Of a DNA stretch of 64,000 bases, positions 42,501 to 53,019 are shown one piece after another (the stretch's first letter is position 1; every line of letters begins with the position of its first letter). The translations under genes and the position numbers were made by a program. The notes beneath the pieces were generated by a model that had not been told where the DNA came from, did not search any database, and saw nothing but the letters and a program-made list of their open reading frames with translations. Origin of the DNA: an uncultured Phycisphaerales bacterium (lineage in GTDB: Bacteria; Planctomycetota; Phycisphaerae; Sedimentisphaerales; Anaerobacaceae). The stretch is from positions 224,001 to 288,000 of the forward strand of contig OY970359.1 in the NCBI GenBank assembly GCA_963718665.1, written 5' to 3'.

Positions 42501-43166
42501 TTAGCGTTTCCTGCGAATCAAAGCAAGACCACCAAGTCCGAGCAGAGCCATTGTCGCCGGTTCTGGAACGCCTGTTAACCTGGCATTATCGAAATACATA
42601 TCCGGTGGAGCTCCGCCGCCCGTATTGAGAGTAATAATTATCTGACACCAGCTGCTTTCCGTCATTGCATTGCGGAAACTGGTGTAATCTACGTTCAGTG
42701 TCTGTGTCCGCTGGCCTGACCCTGCCCACCAATAAAAATTAATGGGATTTCCGCTTGCTACAGTTGTGTAGCCGGGACCTCCGGCGTTCATTGCAACCGA
42801 ATAAATCTGCGAATAACCGCCTGTTATTGTTGGACCGGCGGCTGCAACCGTCATATCGATAGAGAATGTATTGTGGCTCATAAAATCAGCCGTTTGGGTT
42901 GAGTTCAAGCTTATAGCAAGACTCTGAGCCCAACCTGATTGAGTCACATCCAAGCTGTCGCTGCCGAGTGTAGCGCCTATTGTGCTCTGAGAATAGGTAA
43001 CGCCATTACTCAAAGTGATGGGAAGTGGGTTAGCGGCTACCACGTTGTTGCTTATCCAGCCACCCCACCCATCGCCGCTGGTATTTTCCCAGTTGCCGAT
43101 AATACCGGCGTACGTTGTGGACACCATAAGCAAAGAAATACAAATAGTAATTAATATTTTACTCAT
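42501..43166 (-). CDS. PEP-CTERM surface protein (Trp-rich, CBM-like body)
   Basis: Signal peptide, IGNWE...YFDNARL jelly-roll-like pattern, VPEPATMALLGLGGLALIRRKR. Confidence 0.9.
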   Translation of the reverse strand: MSKILITICISLLMVSTTYAGIIGNWENTSGDGWGGWISNNVVAANPLPITLSNGVTYSQSTIGATLGSDSLDVTQSGWAQSLAISLNSTQTADFMSHNTFSIDMTVAAAGPTITGGYSQIYSVAMNAGGPGYTTVASGNPINFYWWAGSGQRTQTLNVDYTSFRNAMTESSWCQIIITLNTGGGAPPDMYFDNARLTGVPEPATMALLGLGGLALIRRKR

Positions 43167-43442
43167 ACTCTACTCCTCCTTCAAAAAATGTTAATATTCA
43201 AACTACCCTTCTCGTTAATACTTTTTTCGACGTTTAACTATTGCCTAAATTGATTTTCAACCACTTGTGAGATATTGAATCCGTGCGATATGCGTACAAA
43301 CTCTGACCGCATCTGGCGCATATTTCTGGAATATCATCTGAATTGATCTATTCTCTCGTAAACTCACCTTCGTACCCTTCTCCATTACACGGCCTATAAT
43401 ATCCGGCGAATCCGCCGGACTCTCTTGCTATTATAAGGCGTT

Positions 43443-43489
43443 AAGTAATCGTTTACTTGTAAAATACACCTTAAGCAGCGGCAAGTCAA
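43443..43489 (-). promoter_or_regulatory. Promoter plus LacI operator upstream of the PEP-CTERM pair
   Basis: Minus-strand TTGACT-17 bp-TATTTT followed by the operator (plus strand AAGTAATCGTTTACTT, 43443-43458). Confidence 0.75.
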
Positions 43490-43654
43490 GAGCTTTTTGC
43501 CTTTTTTTTCAAAAAACTTTGTTTTTTAGGAAAATCACACCCATGACCCGCAAAATTAAGGAAAAAACAAGGTTCTGGCAGGTAAAAAAGCGTCCTCCCT
43601 ATTCCTACGCCTTTTTGGGGCTTTCAGAAATCGCTTGTGAAGCCAAATGGTCCT

Positions 43655-46600
43655 TTATGGGTGCTTATGCCAGATTCGAAATTCACCGCTGCAATGAAGC
43701 GTTGCGAGCATATAAAGCATCCCATCGTAGTAACGCCATTGCCCAGTTGGGACAGGCGTATTCCACAACGCCTCGATAAATTGTTTTGCCCGTGGATTGG
43801 CAGCAGCGAGACCAGCGACGGCATTCATTGCCACTAATCCAACAGAGTGGTCTGAGCCGAACTGATTACCATCAAGAGTAAACTGGTTTCCGTGAGTAGA
43901 TATCCCTTTTGACTCAAAAAATGCCTGCAGTCGGTCGCTTAACTGTATTTCGCGTGTATCCCTGCCCCACCATGCCCAGTCCACCGACCAGTTCATCGTG
44001 GTGCGCCACGAGTCAAACTGAAAATTAGCGGAATTGCTGTTCCAGGGACTTGCCCACGGTGTCCCGTTGAAATTAGCATACTCTGGAGCCAGACCCGTGA
44101 TGGGATTGGTCGCTCTCTGGAAAAACTCCCGGCTCGCTGAAGCGGCTTGCGCCAGAAAGCTCTGTCTGCCTGGGGTCCCCATCTCGCCCAAAGCTCATAA
44201 AACGCGGGCAAATGATAAGATGGGTCCGTATGCTCGATGTTTGCAATATCCGGAGTGAAGCGAACCATTTTGTGTTCGGCATCGAAAAGCCCGCCGGCTG
44301 TCATTGTGCCTTTTACCGTTGAGCCTGTGATATTCGCGCGGTTTTTCATATTGCTTAAAAGCCGGTCGGCCTCGGCCTTGTAATTATAAATGCCCTGGCC
44401 ATTGCCCCAGCGGTCTGCAGCAAAATAAAGCGACGTAACAAAATATTCTTCGCCGTCAGGCGCGGGCATCTCATCATTCGGCACACCATTGGTCTTAACC
44501 GACCAGGCAAAGAAACCATAAGAGGGGTGATTCGGCAAATCGCGGTACATATACGTCTTTGCCCAGTTCCACAGAGCGTCAAACTCGGCCTTTTTGTCCA
44601 ACTGAACTGCAATCATCATCCCATAGGACATACCTTCGGAACGCACATCGTTACTGCCTATGTCCCAGATATAGGCAAGCGGGCCATTTGCGTTTGTGCC
44701 GGCAGGAAAATAAATCGCCTGTGTGCAGGGGTCGCCGTGAAACAATTGCCGGAAAACAGCGTTGACCTTTTCTGTAACTTCCTTCTGAGAATGGCCTGCT
44801 TCGACAAACAGGTTACGATAATTACCCGTCGCGAAGGCGCCGGAACCATCCGCATTATTGTCGACAGCTTTTGATTTTTCGCTGCCTGAGGTATTACGAT
44901 AGCTTTCGGGCGGGCCAAAATAACTCGGCCTGACATCTCCTGTATTAACCATAATTTTCTCCAACACAACACCGGGGTCAACCATCCACACCTTCAGTGT
45001 ATGATAACCCGTATCAGGCAGCAAGTGATTGCTTTTGACTGTACGAGCATTGTTTCTTACAGATTCCTGCCAGTCCTCGTTTGAGTATGCAACGATATAA
45101 TTCTTCGGCACAATGCTTATGATTTGCGGCGGCTGGTCATCAAACGATACAGCGTAACGCAGGTCCCTGTCGGGGACGAAATTTAACGTTGGAGCAACAA
45201 TCGTCTCGACTTCGATATTGCCGGAATGAAACAGGAACATTTTATATTCGAGACAAGGAGAATCCTTCGGCGGCGTAACGCTCTGTGCGGTAACCGGGAA
45301 AATAGTCATAGCAGAATCGGTCCGCCCATAATCGTCGATTTTCTCCCAGCGAACCGGGCCGGCATCAATCTTCCTTGTGTAATGCTCCGCTTCCATCGAC
45401 ACATAACCATCGGCTTCAACAAAACCCTCTAAAGAATCCTTGTTAGGTTCGGCAGGATTAAATGAATTGATTTTGATGTTTACCTCTTTTGCACCCGGAC
45501 CGGAAATCTTCACAGAGCCGTTAGTGTCGCCTGTTGGCGATTTGCTGTAGTCGATATTCACCCAGAGGCGCGTTTCTTTTTCAACAGTTCCTTTCGTTGC
45601 AGAAAGGACAATCCAGTCAGCGCTTGGTTTGGCCGAGAATTCAAACGGTGTTTGTCCACGATTGAACACATCGATATATCGACGTTGTGCGCCAAATACG
45701 CTAAACCCCGGCAGAACCGGTTCATCCGAAGAACCGGGCCAGGCGGACCTCAAACCTTCAACCACAACGCCCATATTCGCGTTGGCTGGAACGTTGATTT
45801 CCTCGACTTTGGGCATATTATTTTTTGGCGGCGGATTCCAGGATGTATAACCAATATGCGCCGTGTCCATCATATGGTTCCATTTGCCATTGGCCATTTT
45901 ACGATTGTAATACCGGGACAGCTCGGCATCAGCTTCAAACAAAGCCCTGGTCTTCGCGGCGAGGTCGTTGGTGCTTGCGCGTTTTTGCTCAGCGTATAAT
46001 TTGTTTTTGCCCGCAGTGACATAAAGCTCAGTAACCTGGGCGCAGGCCTTTGTCGGGTAGAGAACCAGCTGGAAAAATGCGTCTTTGGCGCTATCGGGCA
46101 GGTCTTGATAGATTTGCTCGGCTTTGGCCGTAATAGCGTTAAAATCGGCAACTACAGTGTCTGCCTCACGATAATTGACGATGCTGAACGTGTTGGGGTC
46201 GATAAGTTCGGGCTTGCGTCTGGCATTATATTTGGTGTACTTAGACACGATATCAGCAATCTGGTCGGCATATTGTGGGCCAAATTCACGCTGGGCCCAC
46301 AGCCGGGTAAATTCCGATATTTTCTCCTTAGGCCATCTTTGCGGGTCCCAGGCGAAGGTCATAAAAAATTCCATGGGAAATTCCATCGGCTTGAGGTCAC
46401 CGACGTTGACTATCCAGATTTTAGTGGCGCCGTAATTATACGCGAGATTCATCTGCTCCCAAACCTTGACGATTTGGGTATTATTGAGCCATTCGTATGA
46501 GCGTGGCCCGCCGTGGAAATCAAAGTGATAATAGATACCCGCCCCGCCGCTTCTCTTGCGTTCCTCCAAGGTCGGCAGACGCCTGATATTGCCCCAGTTG

Positions 46601-47841
46601 TCGTCACACCACAGTATCGTCACATCATCTGGAATGCGCAGCCCCTTTTCATAGTATTCCTGGACTTCCTTATAGGGACACCATAACTGGGGCACTTTGG
46701 TCACATCGGGATTAATCTCTTCCGCTATTATCTTTCGCTGAACATTCACAATTTTTACCAGCAAGGCCATACTCTCGGCCACCGTGCCGTTTGGAATCAT
46801 CGGCGTATCATCAGCCCCGCGCAGCCCAATGGAGATGATGGTTTCATAATTCTTGTTGCGTCTGACGCCTTCCCGCCAGAAGCTTTGGAGAGTATTGGCG
46901 TCGGTATAATAGTTCCATTTTTTGCTGTGCCGCCTGTCCCACTCCTTTTGCGCACGAAGCATCGGCTCCTGATGAGAGTTTCCCATAACTATGCCGTATT
47001 CGTCGGCAAGACGGGGATTATTCGGGTCATCTTCATCGAAAGCATTGTTCCACATCGCCGGCCAGAGATAGTCGGCCTTTAACCGAAGTAAAAGTTCAAA
47101 AACTTTGGTGTAGAATTTACTGTTATAATCGCCGAATTTTTCTTTAACCCAGGGACTGAGTGCCCAGGCCTCGTCATTGAGAAAAATGCCGCGATATTTG
47201 ACCGCGGGCGGCCCCTGAACATATCTTCCCGCCTTTACAAAAAGAGCATCTTTATGCTGCACAGGCACATCCGCCCACCAATACCACGGTGATACACCTA
47301 TCTGCTCCGAAACGTCATATATGCCGTAAATCGTGCCTCTTTTGTCACTGCCCACGATAACAAGGGCACTTTCAACGCCCGGCAACGGCTCCGGCACAAC
47401 CTGAATGATAAACGATTCCCATTTCCCCGCGATTTGATTCACATCGATTTTGCCATCTTTAATCAGCCGGTCGATAATCGGGCTTTTGCCAATCGTGCCG
47501 ATGATTATCGTATTTTTCCCCAAAGCGGCTTCTGTATTTAATACTTTCGCAATTTGCCCCGTGACGCGATTAATGTCCGCCCGCAGGTCATTACCAGCGC
47601 GAATAACGCCGGGGTAATCATTCGAATCGACGTATATGCCTGCGACATCGTTTTTTTGCACAATGCAAAAACCGCCCTTACTGAGATTGGAGTCCATGTA
47701 TTGTTCCTGTCCAATGGCAAAACACGGGGAACTAAACAAAACCGGGCAAATAAAAACAAGCCAAAGCTCCTTCCCCAAAATCCTCGCCCTGCGCATTGCG
47801 CCCCGCATACCCATTTGTTGAACAATATGCCGAGTAATCAT
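43655..47841 (-). CDS. GH115 alpha-glucuronidase fused to GH8 reducing-end exo-oligoxylanase (Rex-like); frameshift near 44152
   Basis: GH115 motifs (GSDKRGTIYG, YRGIFLNDE, WPAMW, DDNWG, NVGDLKP, PSYFGPPES), then GH8 motifs (DVRSEGMSYGM, APDGEEY, TDPSYHLPAFY). One extra G at TGG(G)CGCAA joins ORF 43655..44191 (RYYDGMLYML...SGEFRIW). Confidence 0.87.
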
Positions 47842-48000
47842 AAAATATCCCTTAACAATCTTTTTAAGTTGGTCATTTGGCTCGTTATATTTAATAACGC
47901 ATTGTGTGCGTTTTTGAAAGCAGCTTTTTTGATGCCAAACTATGTTAAGAGATATATCTCTTTATGCCGGTACCCAACCACAAGCACCAAGGAAGAACGA

Positions 48001-48088
48001 AGAGGGCGGGATTCGCTTCGCGGCTCGCTTTCGGCGTGTCAAACCCGCGTAAGCGGTGCTTCGCACCGCGAGGGTTCTCATCCCGCCT
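48001..48088. repeat. Degenerate copy of the tRNA-Ser 3' arm forming a hairpin
   Basis: AGAGGGCGGGATTCG...AACCCGCG repeats 48113-48135 with an internal insertion; GGCGGGAT pairs with ATCCCGCC at 48080-48087. Confidence 0.65.
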
Positions 48089-48108
48089 GACCAAATGAGA
48101 TAACTTCA

Positions 48109-48196
<88 letters not shown>

Positions 48197-48204
48197 ACAA
48201 TGAT

Positions 48205-48725
48205 TTATGATTTCTGACTTTCGATTTCTGATTTTGGCCCTTCGGGCCTGCGCTTCTTAAAGAACTCTGTCAGCAACGCGCCGCACTCGTCGGTCAATAT
48301 GCCGTTTGTAACCTCGACACGGTGATTCAGGCGTTTATCCTGAACGATATTATACAAGCTTTTCACCGCGCCCGTCTTCGGGTCGTCGCAACCATATACT
48401 AATCGGTCGATACGGGCCAACACCAAAGCCCCGGCGCACATACAGCACGGCTCCAAGGTAACATAAATCGTGCAATCATTCAAATGCCAGTTTTCGAGAG
48501 CCGCTGCCGCCTGGGTAAGCGCGATTATTTCCGCGTGGGCAGTCGGGTCCTGCAATTGTTCCCGCTGGTTGTATGCCTTTGCGATTATGGTATTGTTATG
48601 AATAATCACCGCCCCAATAGGCACATCGCCATTCTCCTCGGCGATTTGCACTGCGCTATAGCAATACGCATATATTGCTCGTCAATAGCCGGCTGTATGG
48701 TGGGATTAGAAGCTGATTCAATCAT
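48205..48725 (-). CDS. tadA: tRNA adenosine(34) deaminase; apparent 1-nt frameshift near 48650
   Basis: DVPIGAV, DPTAHAE, YVTLEPCCMCAGA, DPKTGA. The N-terminal DEQYMRIAIAQ helix lies in a different frame from ATG 48725. Confidence 0.92.
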
Positions 48726-48825
48726 AAATCAAAAGTTGAACAGTAGAACAGTTGACCGCCCCCGCTGCTGCCTTGTGACAGCAAGACGCGGGGGCTCCAT
48801 TTTTCCCGACCATAGTCGGGAAAAA

Positions 48826-48898
48826 TACCCCCAAGGGGAGTCGAACCCCTGTCTCCAGGATGAGAACCTGATATCCTAGGCCACTGGACGATGGGGGC
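48826..48898 (-). tRNA. tRNA-Glu(CTC)
   Basis: GCCCCCA acceptor, TT-CTC-AT loop, GGTTCGACTCC; followed by a TTTTCCCGAC/GTCGGGAAAA hairpin. Confidence 0.95.
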
Positions 48899-49073
48899 AA
48901 TACGGATTTACGATTGCCGATTGCCGATTTATGATTTTCGCCCGCCTTCATTATCATTTCGGCGGGTAAAATTTAGGATTTTAGTATAGCGGAAATCGAC
49001 CGGCGGTCAATAAAAAAACAGTCGGCAGGAATGCTGCCGACTGTCATAAACCTTAGTGCGACTGAATCAAGCG

Positions 49074-49379
49074 TCAATTTACCGAGCCGACAAGATGCTC
49101 CTTGCTGATAAATTGCGGCCCGCTCGTATTCTGTGTCCGGTTTTGCTCATCGAGCTTCTTTTCAAGCTCCTTGATTCGTTTGGACAATTCTACACGCTGC
49201 CTCGTTCCGCTTGCGGAACTGAAAAGTGCAATACCGACGCAAGTAATGAAAAGCAGAGATGCCCAGTCGTGTGCGGGACTCCAGCCCGGCTGCGGGTAAA
49301 CAATAAACGGCAGCGCGGCTACCAGAAAACCAATGCCTATCAGGTATTCCACAACCCATATTGGATTATTCTTATTCAT
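49074..49379 (-). CDS. Small two-TM membrane protein with coiled-coil tail
   Basis: AAGGAG ribosome-binding site, two hydrophobic helices, LSKRIKELEKKLDE. Confidence 0.65.
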   Translation of the reverse strand: MNKNNPIWVVEYLIGIGFLVAALPFIVYPQPGWSPAHDWASLLFITCVGIALFSSASGTRQRVELSKRIKELEKKLDEQNRTQNTSGPQFISKEHLVGSVN

Positions 49380-49583
49380 ATTCCGACTCCTTACCTTATA
49401 ACATTGTATTAAGTTCTCATATTGGGCATGTAAAGAACGCCTGTCTCTATCTTGATTCGGCGTTCTATAGGGCTTACGTTAAAAGGGCTTCGCTTTTAGC
49501 ACTATAAAAACTGGCTTATAAACATAGCGATAACACTTATCGGACGTAGATATCGTTCAAGGAATGAACCCTGTGAAAGGCAA

Positions 49584-49657
49584 TAGCGGCGGTCGGATTC
49601 GAACCGACGACCCTGGGCTTATGAATCCCATGCTCTAACCAACTGAGCTACACCGCC
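49584..49657 (-). tRNA. tRNA with CAT anticodon (probably elongator Met)
   Basis: GGCGGTGTAGCTCAGTTGGTTAGAGC, TT-CAT-AA loop, GGTTCGAATCC; no C1 mismatch typical of initiator tRNA. Confidence 0.92.
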
Positions 49658-49805
49658 AATAGCAATAAATCTACAGAAAATTTCCGTCTCTTGCAAGTAA
49701 TTCTTTAGCCAACTACGCCTAACAAGCATAAAAGGTTTTGCTTTGACGCGGGCGGCAATTCCCGCTATCCTTTTCGCGACAGAAAATATGATAAGGAGCT
49801 TGAAA

Positions 49806-50801
49806 GTGAAATACAAAGCAGTTGACAAAAGATACGAAAAAATGAAATACAATCGCTGCGGGCAAAGCGGCTTATTACTGCCCGCGGTTTCACTGGGTCT
49901 GTGGCATAACTTCGGCAACGTTGATGATTTTGAGACCGGCCGGGCAATCGTCCGCCGGGCATTCGATCTTGGCATAATCCACTTCGACCTCGCCAACAAC
50001 TATGGCCCTCCGCCCGGCTCAGCCGAGAAAAATTTCGGCAAAATCCTCAAACAGGATTTGAAGGCATACCGCGACGAGCTGATTATCTCAACCAAGGCCG
50101 GCTACCTGATGTGGCCCGGTCCTTACGGCGAATGGGGCACAAGAAAATACCTCCTCGCCAGCTTGGACCAGTCACTCAAACGCCTCGGCCTCGATTACGT
50201 TGACATCTTCTATTCGCACAGGTTCGACCCAAATACGCCTCTCGATGAAACATTGTCCGCGCTCGATACCGCCGTCAAACAGGGTAAGGCCATTTACGCC
50301 GGCATATCGAATTACAAGCCCCAGCAAACCGAACAAGCCGCAAAAATCCTGCGCCAGTTCGGCACGCCCTGCCTGATTCATCAGCCGAGATATTCGATGT
50401 TCGACCGCTGGGTTGAAGACGGCCTGCTCGATGTATTGGAAAAAGAGGGTATCGGCTGTATATGCTTCTCGCCTCTGGCACAGGGATTATTGACCGACAA
50501 GTATCTCAAGGGAATCCCCAAAGACAGCCGAGCGGCAAAACCTCACGGCTTCCTCAAACGCGAGCAGATTACCGAAGCCGTCGTCAAAAAAATCAGCGCC
50601 CTCAACGACTTGGCAAAACAACGCGGACAGTCGCTCGCACAGATGGCCCTTGCCTGGGTATTGCGGGATAAGCGGGTAACCACGGTACTGGTCGGCGCAA
50701 GCAAGGTTAAACAGCTCGAACAAAACGTTGCTGTTCTCGATAATCTCCAGTTCATCGATGAAGAGCTAAACCGTATCGAAACTATCCTGAAGGTTTCTTG
50801 A
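49806..50801 (+). CDS. gpr: Aldo/keto reductase, L-glyceraldehyde-3-phosphate reductase-like
   Basis: SLGLWHNFG, HFDLANNYGPPPGSAE, ISTKAGY.MWPGPYGEWG, LIHQPRYSM; GTG start after AAGGAG. Confidence 0.88.
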   Translation: MKYKAVDKRYEKMKYNRCGQSGLLLPAVSLGLWHNFGNVDDFETGRAIVRRAFDLGIIHFDLANNYGPPPGSAEKNFGKILKQDLKAYRDELIISTKAGYLMWPGPYGEWGTRKYLLASLDQSLKRLGLDYVDIFYSHRFDPNTPLDETLSALDTAVKQGKAIYAGISNYKPQQTEQAAKILRQFGTPCLIHQPRYSMFDRWVEDGLLDVLEKEGIGCICFSPLAQGLLTDKYLKGIPKDSRAAKPHGFLKREQITEAVVKKISALNDLAKQRGQSLAQMALAWVLRDKRVTTVLVGASKVKQLEQNVAVLDNLQFIDEELNRIETILKVS

Positions 50802-51033
50802 GCAGATTAGACCGAAGGGTAGTCACCCAGCTTTACTATTACTATCTGCCTTCTATTTACCCATACCCCCTATTTATCCCACATCTCTTAAAATGCGGGT
50901 TTAAGACAATAATTTTGCCTCACCGAGCGTTTTTATCCCTGTGATTTGTTAGTGCCGCTTTACAAATATACAAGGAAGTGGTCTAATAACCTTTCAGTCG
51001 ATGGGGGACTTAATATGTTTTTGAGAAAGGTAT

Positions 51034-52917
51034 ATGCCTGAAAGCAACGGTAATAGTAATGGCAATGACAAGGCGCCGATAGCGACCAGCAAGTCGTTTC
51101 TGACTGCCGGGCCGACGCTGCACTACAGGCATACTAATGTGCTCGGCTTTTGGCTGTTGACGATAACCTTTTTTGCCGTAACCTGCCTGTTCTGGTCAAA
51201 AATACTAACCGGCTCACCCTGGGCATTCAACCCCGACTCGGCAACGACGCCTGCGTCCTGGCAGATAGGCCGATTCCTTCTGACAGGCGTAAGCATCTTT
51301 GAATACCCCTGGCAAACACTCGTCCTTGCCCTGCTGATGGCGGTAATGACAATCGCACCTATCCTCACAGCCCAGCTTCTCAGTTTCAGTTACAGCTTGC
51401 CCTTGATTCTGGCCGTGTTTTTCCTCGCTGATTTGCCCGCTTTCGCAGTCAGCTTGCTGATAAGCTGTATTGCGGTTGCCTGTCGGCCTCTGCGGTTTCG
51501 TTCACGCATCACCTCGATAGCATTATGTATGCTGCCGCAACTCATATACTGGGGCATTTTCGGCGGTGCCAGAAACGTCGAGCCGATTAAATGGGGATTT
51601 TCCTTCACTCCCTGGATTGGCGCCTGGCTGATTGGGCTTGGCGTGGCGGGCGCGGTGCTCGGCATCGGGCATTTCAATAGGTACAGGCCGGGGCTGATTT
51701 GGTCAGCCACCACAATTCTGCTTGTTCTCGCGGCAGTAACCTTCAGCCTCAGGATAGGGTTTGATGAGCTGGATTATCAGCTTTACATCGCCCGCAATAA
51801 CCCGGAGCAGGTGGCAGAATTTCACGACCACAGCATTACCAAGGCAATCGACCGGGCCATAAAAAATCCCGCTGTCGCAAAATACTTAGGCGGCTTTTTC
51901 TACCCAACTGAGCCGATAGCATTGCGAAAAGAATTAAAATCCGAAATCCAGGCGCAGCTCGTTCACGACCGATGGCCAACGTGGTTTGTCGTCCCGCCTG
52001 AATTGAGATACCAGGAAAAAAGAGAATGGCTGCTTGAGCAATACGACTTGTTTATTAACCGCCGACCCAAAAGCAAACGCATGCCCATCGCCCTGTATTA
52101 CAAAGCCCTGTTGACCGAATACAGTCCCGATTACCGTATGCTGGACGAGAAAGAAACACTTCATTTCTACAGCGATTACCCATTCGATCGTTCACGTGCC
52201 GTGTGGTTCCAGTTATACGCCGGCTTTGCCAATAGTCCCGAATCGCTCGAAGCACGCTGGCGAATCGCGATGCAATGGGCGGGCCAGGCAAGGTTCGATG
52301 AGGCGCAAGCTATTATTGCCGAGGCCTCAAAACTGCTCGAAACACGCCTGAAGCTTCTTGCTGGCGACCAGCCCGCCGAAGATTCCATCTTCAGCTTGTT
52401 CCGCCCGCCTCTCGATTCAGCGATGACCGTATCAAAACTAATGGAATTGCAACGAAAACTCAGCCAGTTGCGCACCCTTATCGGCCCGGATAACTACACC
52501 TCCAAACCGGATTCCGTAAAACGGCTGGCAAAATTTGTTACGCTAAACCAAAACAGTCCGGATTATGCAGGTCAGCTCGACGAGCTGCTCTCGGAAATGG
52601 GTAAAAACGACCCCTTGCGGGACAACGTCCTGCTCGCACAGATTAAACTCATACCCGATGAACAGCTCCTCGCCGAAAAACTCGCCGAAATGCACACGCA
52701 ACATTACCGCACCGACGGCGGCATGCAGGCGCTCTACGAGCTTTCCCTGCTCAAAATCCACTTCTGGCAGCAGCAGGACGCCGCAAACGCCGAACAAAAA
52801 AATAAATGTCTGTCGGACGCCAGGGCGACACTGACGGAATTTCTGCGTATGTACCCCAATAGTTTTCCCGCAGAGCAGGTGAAGAAAAATCTCGCCAGTT
52901 TGCCCGCGGGCGACTAA
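51034..52917 (+). CDS. Hypothetical polytopic membrane protein with helical-repeat (TPR-like) C-terminal domain
   Basis: About 7 hydrophobic segments in the first 240 aa, then alpha-helical repeats ending in FLRMYPNS.PAEQVK. Confidence 0.7.
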   Translation: MPESNGNSNGNDKAPIATSKSFLTAGPTLHYRHTNVLGFWLLTITFFAVTCLFWSKILTGSPWAFNPDSATTPASWQIGRFLLTGVSIFEYPWQTLVLALLMAVMTIAPILTAQLLSFSYSLPLILAVFFLADLPAFAVSLLISCIAVACRPLRFRSRITSIALCMLPQLIYWGIFGGARNVEPIKWGFSFTPWIGAWLIGLGVAGAVLGIGHFNRYRPGLIWSATTILLVLAAVTFSLRIGFDELDYQLYIARNNPEQVAEFHDHSITKAIDRAIKNPAVAKYLGGFFYPTEPIALRKELKSEIQAQLVHDRWPTWFVVPPELRYQEKREWLLEQYDLFINRRPKSKRMPIALYYKALLTEYSPDYRMLDEKETLHFYSDYPFDRSRAVWFQLYAGFANSPESLEARWRIAMQWAGQARFDEAQAIIAEASKLLETRLKLLAGDQPAEDSIFSLFRPPLDSAMTVSKLMELQRKLSQLRTLIGPDNYTSKPDSVKRLAKFVTLNQNSPDYAGQLDELLSEMGKNDPLRDNVLLAQIKLIPDEQLLAEKLAEMHTQHYRTDGGMQALYELSLLKIHFWQQQDAANAEQKNKCLSDARATLTEFLRMYPNSFPAEQVKKNLASLPAGD

Positions 52918-53019
52918 TCCCAGCCCCCCTGCTAACCCCAAATTATCCGCATATAACAGGTGTTGACAATCGCGTGTGTTTGCTTATGCTTTTGGTTGAT
53001 TTTATGGAGAGTTGACATT

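Noticed and set aside
43167..43440. Riboswitch in the PEP-CTERM pair leader
   Set aside because: Only small hairpins are seen; no recognisable c-di-GMP, cobalamin, TPP or SAM consensus.
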